Origin: Asterias rubens
Lineage: Eukaryota
NCBI RefSeq assembly: GCF_902459465.1
Contig: NC_047064.1
Location: 124,001 to 188,000 of the forward strand
Length of the DNA: 64,000 bases
Reading direction: 5' to 3'
Position 1 is the stretch's first letter; every line of letters begins with the position of its first letter. The notes beneath the pieces are model-generated. The model did not search any database and was not told the DNA's origin. It saw nothing but the letters and a program-made list of their open reading frames with translations. The position numbers were made by a program, and so were the translations under genes. Of the stretch, positions 10,856 through 24,100 are shown one piece after another.

Positions 10856-12120
10856 ATATTTATAAAGCATGTTCATGTTTAAACATAGTAGTTCCCAGGG
10901 GTTTGACCAATTCAATCTCTGGATTGTACTAATTTTGTATTATGATTATTAAGAGTTGCAATGGAATTTGGATCAGAATTATACAAAATGCATTGAATAG
11001 TGTGTTGTTTATTTTTAAATACACATTCAGTGCCACCACCAATATAAGGATGAATAGTAAATGAGAAGAAAGATTAGCAATGTAGGAGGAAATAAAGGGA
11101 AAACACTAATCAGGTAGGGACTGAAAACCTCAATCCACATACAAGGCTCTGGTCTGAGGCGGGATTTGAACCTTGTTCCACTGATGTGCAAGTATTTTAG
11201 TGATGACTGCCCTCTGATATTTCAAGTTTTTTTCTCTCGTAGAAACTAGTCAACAAACTGTTGGACCCCAAATGGTTGAAATTGAATTGTTGATCAAGGA
11301 AGTTAACTCCCTCCCCATTGTTTTTCAAGTCAGTGCTGTGAAGAAGCATGGAGGTAGATATAATTGTACCTCCATGTGAAGCATCCAGTCTCTCCAATTC
11401 CATGGACAATCACAACCATCACGGTCAACAACCCCCCCCCCCCCAAACAAAAAAGTTAAAATAAAAAAAATAAAAATATATATATAAAATTGGTGACCAC
11501 ACCCAAGCAGATCACACCCAGTGACCCTGGCCAATGCTTCGGCTGCTGCTATTGATTGCATGCTCTTTGTGTGTTGGGCGGGGTTCTCCAATTGTTGTTG
11601 TTGAAAAATGCATGCACATACTATTATGGGTTTTTGTTTTACGAAGAAGGTAAGTGTGTGGGGTATTCCTTCCTTGTTGACGGTGTGTGTGTGTAAACCA
11701 TAAGATTATAGCTTATAGCTCTATGGTGTAAACAAACTCTGCAACAAGCATACACCCATCCATGTCAACCCGACCTTCACTGGTACTCGGTCAGCTCAAC
11801 ACATAACGTATCGTCGTGAGGAGTGTGTGATCGGTGAAGGATTTTCCACACCCATACCCAAAATATTACACAGGCGACATTGACTCACCACATGCAACAA
11901 TTCTAACGTGTTTAGTAGTAGTTTTCCGCTGTGCATTCAAACAACGACCCACCCATTGTACGCATCAACAACGAAATAGTTTATAAGTCCCCGCCGTCTG
12001 CCTTCCATATCCATTTTTATAAACGAATAATTGAAATGTCTGTTAGCTATAAAAATAATATTGCGTGGAATTTACAACATCAGTTCATTATGTATGGTGA
12101 TTGCGTTTGAAAATCTTTAG

Positions 12121-15100
12121 ATGTCTGAAGCCGACAGAAAACCACCTCAGGTAAGACTAAATCTGAGAAAGTAAAATTGTAACTAGCAACATATTTTATT
12201 TACCACATTTGATTGTTGTACTTTATGTTGTCAAAGGGTGGTTCATGGATGGAGTCTTTATGTTTTGATCGCGTCTCTGTGGCTGTGGCACCTGTGCCCG
12301 TGCAAGAGCATCACCATTCATGCCATTGCCACTGCCAGTCATGATCATTGCCAGTCACCAAGAATTCATCATGGAGTAGCTGCTCAGCTTGTCTGTAAAT
12401 CTGTAGGCTGTCATGGCTGTGTCTTAGTGAATAGTATACTAATTATGAATGTTTATGAGTGCAAGGGTGTGAATATGTTCATGAGTTGAAAGATGGAATT
12501 TTCTATTCAACAAGGCGGAGCCAAGTTGAATGGAATTGGAACATTCCATCTTTCAACGAATGAACATATTTGCACCATTGCACGAATGAAAAACATTCAT
12601 TATTTGTTGTATAGGAAAAGTTTCCGTACGGCGCCACCACTATTTCATTCGATATGAAATAATATAGTATCTAATTTACCTCACTGAAATATCCCTTTTT
12701 AGTTTTTGTAAAAATGAGTGAAAAAGTCAAGTGGTGGCACCATACAGAAAGTTATCCGTTTTATATAACATCCAAGTAGATCTTTATTCTTTGTTATTTT
12801 GATTGGAGGATACAACTTTCAAAACAAACAAAGTGTAGGTCTACAATTTTTAATTGTGAAATTAAATCCATTTCTTATGTGTAGTATGTGCCTTGTAACA
12901 CTGCTGCGTTACCAAAAACACGTGCACACAGTGATGTTTTTACTCAGCGTGCAATAGTACTTTTCGGATGGAACGAAAAGTGCACGGTGAGTGACTCAGC
13001 GTGCAATAGTACTTTTATTTGCTACCATGTGACGGACAATCCTCTAATCAAAGATCAAGGATCAGCTTGGGTGTTATAATATACACATAATGAATGTTTA
13101 TGAGTGCAATGGTGCGAATATGTTCATGATTTGAAAGATGGAATGTTCTATTCAACGAGGCGGAGCCGAGTTGAATGGAACATTCCAGCTTTCAACGAAT
13201 GAACATATTCGCACCATTGCACAAATGAAAAACATTCATTATTTGTTTTATATAACAACCAAGTAGATCTTTGTCATTTTGATTGAAAGATACAACTTTC
13301 AAAACAAACAAAGCGTAGGCCTACAATTTTTAATTGTAGAATCCGAATGCTAGTATTAGTAATTTTACTAATATTATTCCTTGCAGTAACACTGCTGCGT
13401 TACAAACACACGCGCACGCAGTGATGTTTTTACTCAGCTTTTTCGTTCCATCCGAAAAGTACCATTGCACGCTGGCAGCGTGCAATGGTACTTTTCGGAT
13501 GTAACGAAAAAGCACGGTGAGTGACTCAGCGTGCAATGGTACTTTTATTTGCTATCACATGACGGACAATCCTCCAATCAAATGGCAAGGATCGGCTTGG
13601 GTGTTATATAATAACTTATATAATATTCAATATCTAATGATAGATAAGTTATGGCCCAATTTAAAGGAACACGTTGCCTTGGATCGGACGAGTTGGTCAT
13701 TAAAAAGCATTTGAAACCATTTGTTATGAAATGTATATGGTTAGAAAGATGTTTTAAAAGTAGAATATAATGATCCACACAAGTATCTCTCAAAATTGCA
13801 CGGTTTTCTTTTTACGTCGCGAACTGTCACGGTCGGCCATTTATGCCGAGTCAAAATTTTGATTCCCATAGATGGCCGACCGTGTTATTGGCACGGTAAA
13901 AAGAAAATCACGCAAGTTCGAGGCATATTTGTGTAGATCATTGTATTCTACTTTTACATCATCTTTCTAACCATCATGCATTTTATAATAAACGGTCACA
14001 AAACGCTTTTCAAAGACCAACTCGACCGATCCAAGGCAACGTGTTCCTTTTATGGCTAGCCCCTGCTTCCTTACCGACACATTCTGCCCTATTCCTCTGC
14101 TAACTCAGTACTGTCACTGCAGTGTTATATAGTGTTACATGTACTCCTAGAACTATGCGGTTTCATTCCGCTATCGTCTCCTGTGCGGTTTCGTTCCGCT
14201 ATAGTCTCCCGTAACAGGAGACGATAGTGGAACAAAACCGTATAGTTCTTGTAGGATAGGAATATGTCACTGTCAGTCAGTGTCATGACTGTCGAAGTGC
14301 GGAGTTTGTAAAGGCACTTGCTCAGCTGTGTAAGCTTACATACATGTACAATGCCTCTGTAACAACGCTATGGACTCGGCTCAGAAGTATGCACCTGCTC
14401 GACCAAAAAAAACTAAACTCACTGGAAATAATTATGCTTGACGTAGTAAGTGCAGAATTCCCTGCTTCAAATAGCACTGATTCTTTGCTGACATTCGGTA
14501 AACAGAGCCATCAAATTGGGCTTATCATGTCTCTTTTGCTTTGTCTTAAGTGCTTGACCTATGTTTTCTCCCTACTGCCCTGAAACATTGACTGACAAAA
14601 CATTCAAAATAGTTCGTTTAACAAAACTTCATAGTTTTTAAATTTCTTCATCTGGTGACCACTTTTTAATGGGTTTAATTTTAAAGGATACCGGTTTTCA
14701 GTTCAATTCAAAGACTTTATTTCCCCTTTTTAATCCTCTTGAGGAATTGGTAGTTTTACATACGTGCATGCCAGACTCTTTAATAAAAGGAAAATATTTG
14801 ACATTTCATCATGTGGTCTGGAGGAAACTCAAGTGCACCACGCCTAAGTCATGTCAAAAATTAAGGTAGAAAGCAGTAAAATATTGTCAAGACCACCTAA
14901 GACCCAAAATGGATTTTGTTTTCATGATGCGGACACATTGTAACAAGAGATAAAATAGGCCTGGTTCAAAGGAATACCTTCGGCACCTTGCAAACTCGGC
15001 ACCTGCAACCTCGGCACCTCGCAATCTTGGCACCATGCAAACTCGGCACCCACTCGGCACCAAGAAAGTGGCCACCATACAAACTCTGCACCGACCTTTT

Positions 15101-18100
15101 TTTGACTGACAAACTCGGCACCAAGCAATATCACTCGAAGATTCATGTGGTTAAAAATGAACAACTTATACAATACAAAATGGTTTGAACCTTATCTTAG
15201 TAAATGCTGTTAATGGCAAAATCACTCGTTAAGGTAGCTGATTAAACCGCTTCGTAACTTCCGAGAAAATTGTTGTGAAGTTTGTTTTCCACCTGGAAAT
15301 TTAATTGTCCACAGTGTCTTCATGGTTCAGCAAGAGTTTTTAAAACGTTGTTTTTTAATAGACTAGAACTAGCAGGCCTAGGCTGAAATGGGTCCATGTC
15401 GATGACAAAAGTGCGTCGCCATTTTTTTATTGGACTTTAGAAAATGTTAACAAGCGTTTTGCATGGGGTTTTACTGGATTGTTGCATATAACAGAGCGGG
15501 ATTTGCCGAAAAGCGCCGGCCTAGATGGAGACTAAGATCCTGACGGCTCGGCAACAGTTCGGTACTGCGTGCACTGACTTCAGTGTTACTAACGTCGCCC
15601 TATTTTCTGGTAATTTTGGTTACGAAAATAATTAAATTCTAATATTAATATTTGTAATTATATAAGGCTAGCAACTTCAACAGGATCAAGTTTTTTATGG
15701 CAATGTGGGACCATTGAACTTTGACTTCAAATACTGAGGCCAACCACGCAGTTTGCTATCAAACATTTTCAACTGCGGGTGCCGAGTTTGTATTTGTACA
15801 TGTGCTGAGTTTGTGGGTGCCGAGTTTGCAAGGTGCCGAGTTTGTGGGTGCCGAGTTTGCAAGGTGCCGAGTTTGCAGGTGCTGAGTTTGCAAGGTGCCG
15901 AAGGGACTGGTACCCGTTCAAAGTGTACGCTTCTCTTATTATGCACTACACAGAGCTTGCCATGCAACATAAAGTGTCGATTTTACCATGTAATTTATCA
16001 AAAGTTTGCTCTAAACATTGCTCTTTTGTCAAATTTAATTCATCATTTTCTACTTATTTGAGTGGGACACGGCACAAGTTTGACGTTTTGCATCGTAGGC
16101 GGTAGTGAACAGCCTATTGTACTTTTCATTTGAATTGATTTTTTTTCTCTTTCGTTCAAGGCGACTCCATTGTCTGCCGAGGTAGAGCCTTTTATTCCTG
16201 GCCAATCAAACCCAGCAAGACCTGGGCAGAACATCACCCATAAACTCCAGCATGAATATAACAATCATCATCCAATTCATGGCTCTGGTCACGCCTATAT
16301 GGGACACACCCATCCTGGGTCTATCCACCCAAAGATGGTCCCATCTACCCAGAGTCATCAAGCTGTACCCTCGGCTAATGGAACAGGTTACACTCTGACA
16401 GAGCTACCACGATACCTGACTAACTGCTATCCATTTGTTCAAGACAGGTAAGATATTATTGTTGGCTCAGTCTCTTGGCCTCCCAATGGTCCTGTTGCTC
16501 TTGAAAATGTTACAATTGCTGTGATGTGTATGCGCTTTAATGAGGGATGGTTTAACTCTATAGACATGTCATTTTAGTCTAATTGTGAATGTCCTGTTAC
16601 AAGGTTTTACACCGTTGCTTGTATTTGTATTGTTGTACTGGTGCAGGATTCAACTCGGGTGTAGCTACATGTAGTATTTTGTACTGATGCATTGTCATCA
16701 TTAAACTGAGGTACTTTTTGAAGACAAAAGTACACTTGTCATATTTGCATAACTCAGAATTGATACTTAATGTTAGACCTTGGTGAACAGTTTGTTCTGT
16801 GTTTTCTTAACACAGCAACTTGTGGCCAAAGATCACATAAAAAAATATAAATGTGTTCAATTGTCTTGTTCTTAATAGCAGAAATCAAAATGAGATAGAG
16901 GGATGACAAAACTCCACTCATTTCCTCAACTTTGACAGTACACGTAATTCATAATATTTTTCTTTTGGATTAATGGATGAGCTTTGAGATTGAAACTAAA
17001 CACTTGTTGTTGATAATTGATTGGCCTTAACTTTTTCTTAAACATATAGATGGCCACCCAAAATTGTCATGATTTCTTTATAATTTGCAACATTCAAAGC
17101 TTTATTCGTCTGATGATTCTCTTTTTGTATTTTTTGTCAGTGCCACCGGTTCAGGTCACAAACCAGAGATGAGATGGCAGTCTTATCCTCCACATTTACA
17201 ACCATCTTCAGCAGTCAGCTCAGCACCTTCGTTTCCTCCTCCTCCACCAGCAGACCTCTTTACCAATCATCAGTATCCTCCTCCTATCCAATCACCAAAC
17301 TTTGTTCTGCAATACCCTCATCAGGCATACTTCCAACAGCTTCAGGGGCACTCAGCATCTCAACCTTTGTCTCACTCTCAGGGACCTGTACCCATACCCC
17401 AGGGGTCCTTTCAGGGGACGCCTCCACACTATCCAGGATACTACCCTAATTACCAAGATGGAAATCATGTTCAGATGGGGTCGTATCATCAGAGTAATGG
17501 GTATGGGCTTAGGGAACCAGCACAGAGGCAAAGTAGGGTAAGAGGTCGCCATGTTACTGTTTCTGCAATCCAACGTGTTAGCTAGCGAGCCGTGCACGCC
17601 GTGTTAGCACGGCCAGTTGGGCTAAAAATACGGGCAAAATTTGTGTGCACGGCTTGGGTGAAGCCGTGCTGTCTAATAATTTCAGTGAAAATTACTGAAC
17701 TTCTTTTATTATTTTGTTGTTGTTGAACAGCTTAAACAGCAGTGAGTAAAATTAGATTTGGTTTTACCAGATTTCCTTCTTCCTTTTGAATCAACATTTC
17801 AACGACGCAACCATAAAACAATCACTCGAAGTTGCCTCAAAAACGCTGACCACATTGCGACCACACAAAACACAACGCACAAACCACACATTACACAACG
17901 CACGTGCAAATTACACAACGCAAGCGAGACACGCAGACTTCGTTTTAACAGTCAGTCGTCGTCATCGACCGTCATCAGCAGGCAGCATGAACTCCATGCA
18001 CGCGTGGTACGATAGAGGCGAATTCACACGCGTTTTCGTTCAGATTATTTTAGGTACCAATCTCATCTCCACGATCCTACAAACCATCGCGCTCTTGATT

Positions 18101-21100
18101 TTTCTACTATGACGTCATTATCAGTAACTGAGTAACACGCGGCGCAGTGCACCTTTTACCGCATACATTCTGCAGTTGCTTTGTAGATTGGTTCCGCAGT
18201 TTTTCCCAACTCGACGGCGGCAAACATGACGATCTTTTTTCCTTCTAGAAATTCAAGGGCACATCGTTTGTTCGTTGTAGAGTTTGGTTGAAACATCGAG
18301 ACTTTGTTGGATTTCAATGTTTGCATCTCTTGGGTGTTAATTCAGTTAACACAAGAACGAGGCTGTATTGAAGCATGCAGTAAAATATGGACGTGTATTT
18401 AAGTATAGGGGATGGTTGAAAAATGTTTAAGTCCAAAACCTAAAAGACTAAAACGTTATGAAACCTAAACACATACAAGGGAAAATATTAATTACCATGA
18501 TCAGTCAGTTTACATTAAGCAAACAATTATGGTACATGTAAATCACTCTTGGCATTTTGATTGGTTGCAAATACTTGGGTGAATCATTATTTTACATTAA
18601 TTAATTGATTTGTTTAATTGAATTGATTAAATACAAAAACTATTATCAGCTTCTTGACCTTAGGCATGTAGTTCTAAAAATCGAATGGACAAGAATGGAT
18701 AGAAAATTAACATTAGTAAATGATAACTCTCAATTTCTTCAATACCTCTTCATTTTTTTTTAGTCTTTAAGCAAAATTTTGTATCAAGAGTAACACATGC
18801 CAAAAAATATTTTGTTGGCAGCAAACTTGTACTGCATTATTTGATCGCTTTTGAACCATTTCAGGCTAAATGGGTCCAAGCGCAGCTCCATGGTAACTGC
18901 TTTGAAGTGGCCTATTGACCCAGACACATTTTATAGAGTTTAATAATGTATAGTGGACGTCAATCACCTTTATAATATCTGTGCTTTAAAGCCTCTCATT
19001 TTCGAAAACAAAACAAAAATTAAATCAAAATAGTTTACTTGTAACAGAAATAGGTACCAGAAATGCTTCCAGGGCCCTTAAGAGGGGGGGGGGGAGACAG
19101 ACTTGGCGGTGCACGCTCGTGTTGTGTGCTACGCACACGTTTCTATTTTTTGTAGTGATTTTAGGTTGCACTCCCACTTTTTCAGTTTGCACTCCCACTT
19201 TCCAAATTCCTGGCTAAGACACTGCTGCAATCCTTTTTTATTATGGAAGCAATAATTTCAGAATTGGGCATACATACAAGGCACTGACAGTGTAGTGGGA
19301 ACCTATAGAGAAATGTATACTAACCATCAACTAACCATTACCCTGCCAAATGTAATGGAATAAATTGTTTTAATTTGCTGCATTTATTAGCCAACTCACA
19401 TCCCATACTCTGGTTGCATTGTTATGCATTGGGCAGGGTTAAGGATCTGACATTCACAGTACATTATGGTTCATATAAACGGCCACTACCAAAGCTTGTG
19501 TAAATCAGCTTACTTCACAATCCTCTGTGGTTGCATTTTGTTGAACTTGGTAGTGTCTTCATTTCAATTGTGCTGAAATTTGATACATTAAGCATGTTGC
19601 CTAGAAAACACCTGACTGTAGTCAGGGTCAGGGAGATCTCACTGGCCTTTTACTCACTCTCTGCTTACTTTGGGGTTGAAAACCATTTCAAAATTGCATA
19701 TGAAAGGGCGAAGAAAACAAATGTAAAGTTGGCTACAAGTTTTTTTTCTTTCTTTTTTTCTTCCATCAGCAATCCAGCAGTAGAGATGCTCAGCTTAAAA
19801 GCAGATCTCAGGGATCAGGTTCTTCTAGAGATGGCAGTTCGTCATCTTCAAGTGCAGAGGGCAGAAGGTATCCAAAGACACTTGTATGTATGGATACTGG
19901 GTCCCAGACAGGTAAGCATTGGTCGGAATATCTTGCTTTGTCTGTAATTTCTTTTCTTTTTTAAATCTAATCATCTAAAAAATATTGAGGATTAGAAAAT
20001 TGTTCAAGTGTTACACTGCCTGTCTACAAACAAAGTAAACTATTGTATTTTTTTATGTTTTTAAGCAAGATTTGTCTGTGCTTATCAATTTTGTGTGTAA
20101 ATTGACCTTCACAATTACTGCAGTTAGCGGTTGTGTTGGTCATCTTCAATTCATACTATCAGCCTCAACAGGTAATAGTTACTCTCTCAATTGTGAACCA
20201 GGTACAGACTCGACCTGACCAATACCATACAATGTTTCTCTATCTTGCACTTTCGCTTTTGTGATCTCATTGTTTTCAAAACTTTGTACAATTAGTCTTT
20301 TGATCAGCCTTGAATTCATCAAATGAATGGCAATAAGTAATGAAGAAAAAGGTGTTTTTTGTTTATAATTTGCGTAATTTCCATCAGAACCTTCACAATC
20401 CAAAATTTCTTCTATATCCAATTGCCAAAGTGAAGAATTTAGTTCAGAAGCATTGGGGCTAGTAGGCAGGCCAGTAGGCAAAAAGAACAATTTGCTTATA
20501 CACAGGGTCAAGCATTCAAATCTTATTTGGTGTGGAGTGACGTGGGTGAAGAGGATATTTGAGGAGTTAGGCTGATCTTTATCCAAACTGCAAAATATGC
20601 ACCAAGGGTTAAGATTCTTTTCTTTGGTTGTCCAGATTTTCCAGATGATATTGCCAACAAGACTCTCGCTGAAAAGCCAAGTATGCTGAGACGTCACAAA
20701 TCAAAGCCACGTCGTAGATCTCAGGGAAACCAAACTGGTCAAGAAACCTCTACTTCTACGGACTCCGAGGCAGAGGCTGGAGCAGTGGACAGTGATAGTG
20801 GCTACTACAGCCCAAAACATGCCAAGACAAATCAAACCTCTGTGGGAATGGCTACACAAGATGTAGCAACAGGACCAACTGTCAAGGTACAGGGTTTCCA
20901 GCAGTATCCCAGTGCCGTTGTGAGTGCAGTGCCACGACATGTCACTCAGTCACAGCAGCAAGTAGGATCTGCAATGTACAGTACGTGTACTCCAAACTCA
21001 ATGCCACCACTGGCTGGTTACAACACCTCACCACAACAGATGGGACCAGCTGCAAATAACTATCCCCCACCCCAACATTTACAACTGCACCATGGTATGC

Positions 21101-24100
21101 CCCCGAGGTTACAGCCACAACCCATGGTACAACAACAGCAATATCAGCAGCAGCAGCAGCCGATACAACAACATGCGCCACAACATTTAAGCTATGCCCG
21201 AATCCTTAGCCAGCAACCTCCACAACGCCATCCTGTTCCAGTGCTAAACCAAATTCAACCCAGACCTCCAGGATCAATGCAAAAACAACCATCGCTAGAA
21301 AACATTCGTAACAACCAGACCTTTCATTCTGGCTATGCTCCTGGAAACAGAACTCCTCAACAGAAACCAGGAACAAAGTACATTCCAGCACACGAGAGTG
21401 CAGACACTAGTCAAAACCAGGATTCCAAAAGGAAAAAAAAGAAGGACCGTAAACGAGCCGGAAAAGGTGGTGAACGTTCGGAAGAGCTAACCAGAGAAGT
21501 ACAAGTGGAACCAGCGCCTCCCCCTCCAGCCTTGACAGACATGGGTGATTTCCCTGAACTGTCTATGGGGGACCCTGGAGGTCCCAGTAGGGTGGACTTG
21601 ATAAACTCTCAACCACGCTCCTACAGTGCAATCCTTCAACAACAGAAGTCTGCTCAGATGAGAGAAACGGTGAGTCTTTATTACACCATGACATCTTGTT
21701 TACAAAAAAACACTGACATTGTTTCCTGGCAGGCAAGATCTTTCACTTTTTGGTTTAGAATTACCATATAATTTGCTCTTAGTTATTTCCTGCTTAAAGA
21801 CACTGGTCACTATTGGTAATTGTCAGAGACCAGTCTTCTCACTTGGTGTACATGTATCTTAACATAATGCATTAAATAACACACTTGTAAAAATTTGAGG
21901 GTATTGGTCATCGAAGTTGTGAGATATTAATGAAAGAAAAAACACCCTTGTCACACAAAGTTGTGTGCTTTTCGAGACCTCAAAATCTAGTTCTGAGCTT
22001 TTCGAGACCTCAAAATCTAATTCTGAGGTCTCAAAATCAAATTCAGGGAAAATTACATCTTTCTCAGTGTTGTAGTAGGCCTACTACAATAGCACATAAA
22101 TTGGAATTGACCAAACCAAGAAAACCAACACATGTACATGTAAGTTCAGTAATGACGGTATGAAGCTCAAAGAAATTTCATGCATTCATGTACGCAGTAC
22201 ATGCACAGTGCAGATGTGTTTTTCAACTTTTTGATTTGATTTTTATAGAAAATCAAGTAAATTTGGAAGTAAAAAGGATCTATAAAGTGTACAATATGTC
22301 CATGTCCATGTGATTGACATCATGTGCTTTGTACAAACATGTACATGTAGTGTTCACTATGTGCGACGTGTACAAAATGGAAATGAGATTACTGTCCCAG
22401 ACATGTACATGTACTGTACATTGTGTGTACAATGACTAGATTCATGCCTGTGGTCCTACTTGTACATTTACATACGTACCTTAGTTTTTCAAATTCTGTA
22501 TCATGACATGAATTGACCAACGACTACAAAAAATTGTAATGTGAATAGAAGTGTCCATGGGTCGATTAAATCAGACAAATTTGATGACTGTGAATTGGTA
22601 TTGGTTACGACACACCATGTGACTTTCAACACATGACGTTTGTAAAAATTAGTTATATATGTGTCTGAAATAAAGCTTTGCAAATCAGCTTTAAACTTGT
22701 GTATGCATTGACTGCAGTTATTTGTTTTAGAATTTTTATTTGTATTGTCTAAATAAAAACTGTAGTAATTTACAAATGCACCATATGGCACTTCTCATTC
22801 AATATGTGACACCCGTGTGTAATGAAGAGAGTATAGGTGTTTAGTACTTGGTTTTAGTTTTTACATTTTATTGAATTGTTCTCTTGACCAAACAGACCAG
22901 GGCAGGAGATTATGAGCCAGTGGATGCCACCAATGATGTCAACTATGGAGACATTATTAAACCTGAGGATCTCTTAAACGCAGAGGCAGCCGCCAGCGGG
23001 ATACGTGATGGGAGAAACGCTCGAAAACGCCGAAAGAAGGCAATTCTTGCTGCTCAGGCTGCTGCTAAGGTGCGTTTATGTTTGTCTTCTGTGATCATTA
23101 TAAGAAGGGGAGTGGGTAGAGCACCCCAAAAGGTTTAAGATACAAGTGCAATAAAATACATTAAAATAAAATATATCAAATTATGCACTGACAAACTGAT
23201 TACAAAGAATCAGGTAGTTAATAAGAAACTGTATAAGGTGTGTTATTGCAAATCAAGCTAATTAGTTCTGCAAGGAAGTCACCTTTGGTCACTACTAATA
23301 AAACAGTTTCCTTTTAAATGGTCAGGATATTTACATGCCAGAGCATGTTATTACAACATCACTTCCCAGGAAGTACCTATAATGTAGTTTTTAATCAGTT
23401 AGAATCAATATGAATACATGTACATGTAAGATACAAGCCCAGAAAGTCCTCTTAGTTATGTTGGGACGGAACATGCAAGGCTACATTTTCTGAGTATCAA
23501 AATGTTCGGGAACATTTTTTAAGGGAGTTGGAAATACTCATAATTAATGCTCAAATATTTTTTTTTATAGCCTCTGTGTTTGTCAGTTCTTTATTGTCCA
23601 TTGGCTTATGTGTTCTGTAGAGTACTAAAGACACGCTTCGCCCAAACCTAAACATTTCAAGCTACTGACCTTACCTTTCAAAACTGCAGCATCATTATAA
23701 ATGCAATTCTGATTTAGTTACATTTTAATGTCTTTTTATTTACACTGTATGGCCTATAGCAAGTAACTAAACCATTTGATTTGCCCGGGGTAGCAGTGTT
23801 GTTGGGAAGGAATAAATGTACAAAGGGGCTCTATATTTGCAGACTTTAAATGAGAGTAGGCCCGCATACATGGCATAGTCAACATTTGGTTACTGTTCAT
23901 AATTATTTATAACTAAACAGGAATATTCTGAAATCACTGAGGAGCAGAGGCAACTTCAAGAAAACCTAAAGAAACCCAACAAGAAAACCAAGATGCCTAT
24001 TGAGTATGATTTGGGTGACATGCTGGCTGCTCTAGAGGTATGTTATAATACCCATCTTATCCCCCGCTACCACAATCGGACGATCCTGCATGGGAAGAGT

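Noticed and set aside
17930-17975. Minus-strand CTGATGA followed by a 6-bp stem, resembling a hammerhead
   Set aside because: The stem is not followed by GAAA and no stem III or cleavage triplet is evident.
19531-19947. 138-aa ORF overlapping SBP2 exon 4
   Set aside because: This is the alternative frame. The phase-consistent frame gives MDTGSQT|DFPDDIANK, matching the family motif.
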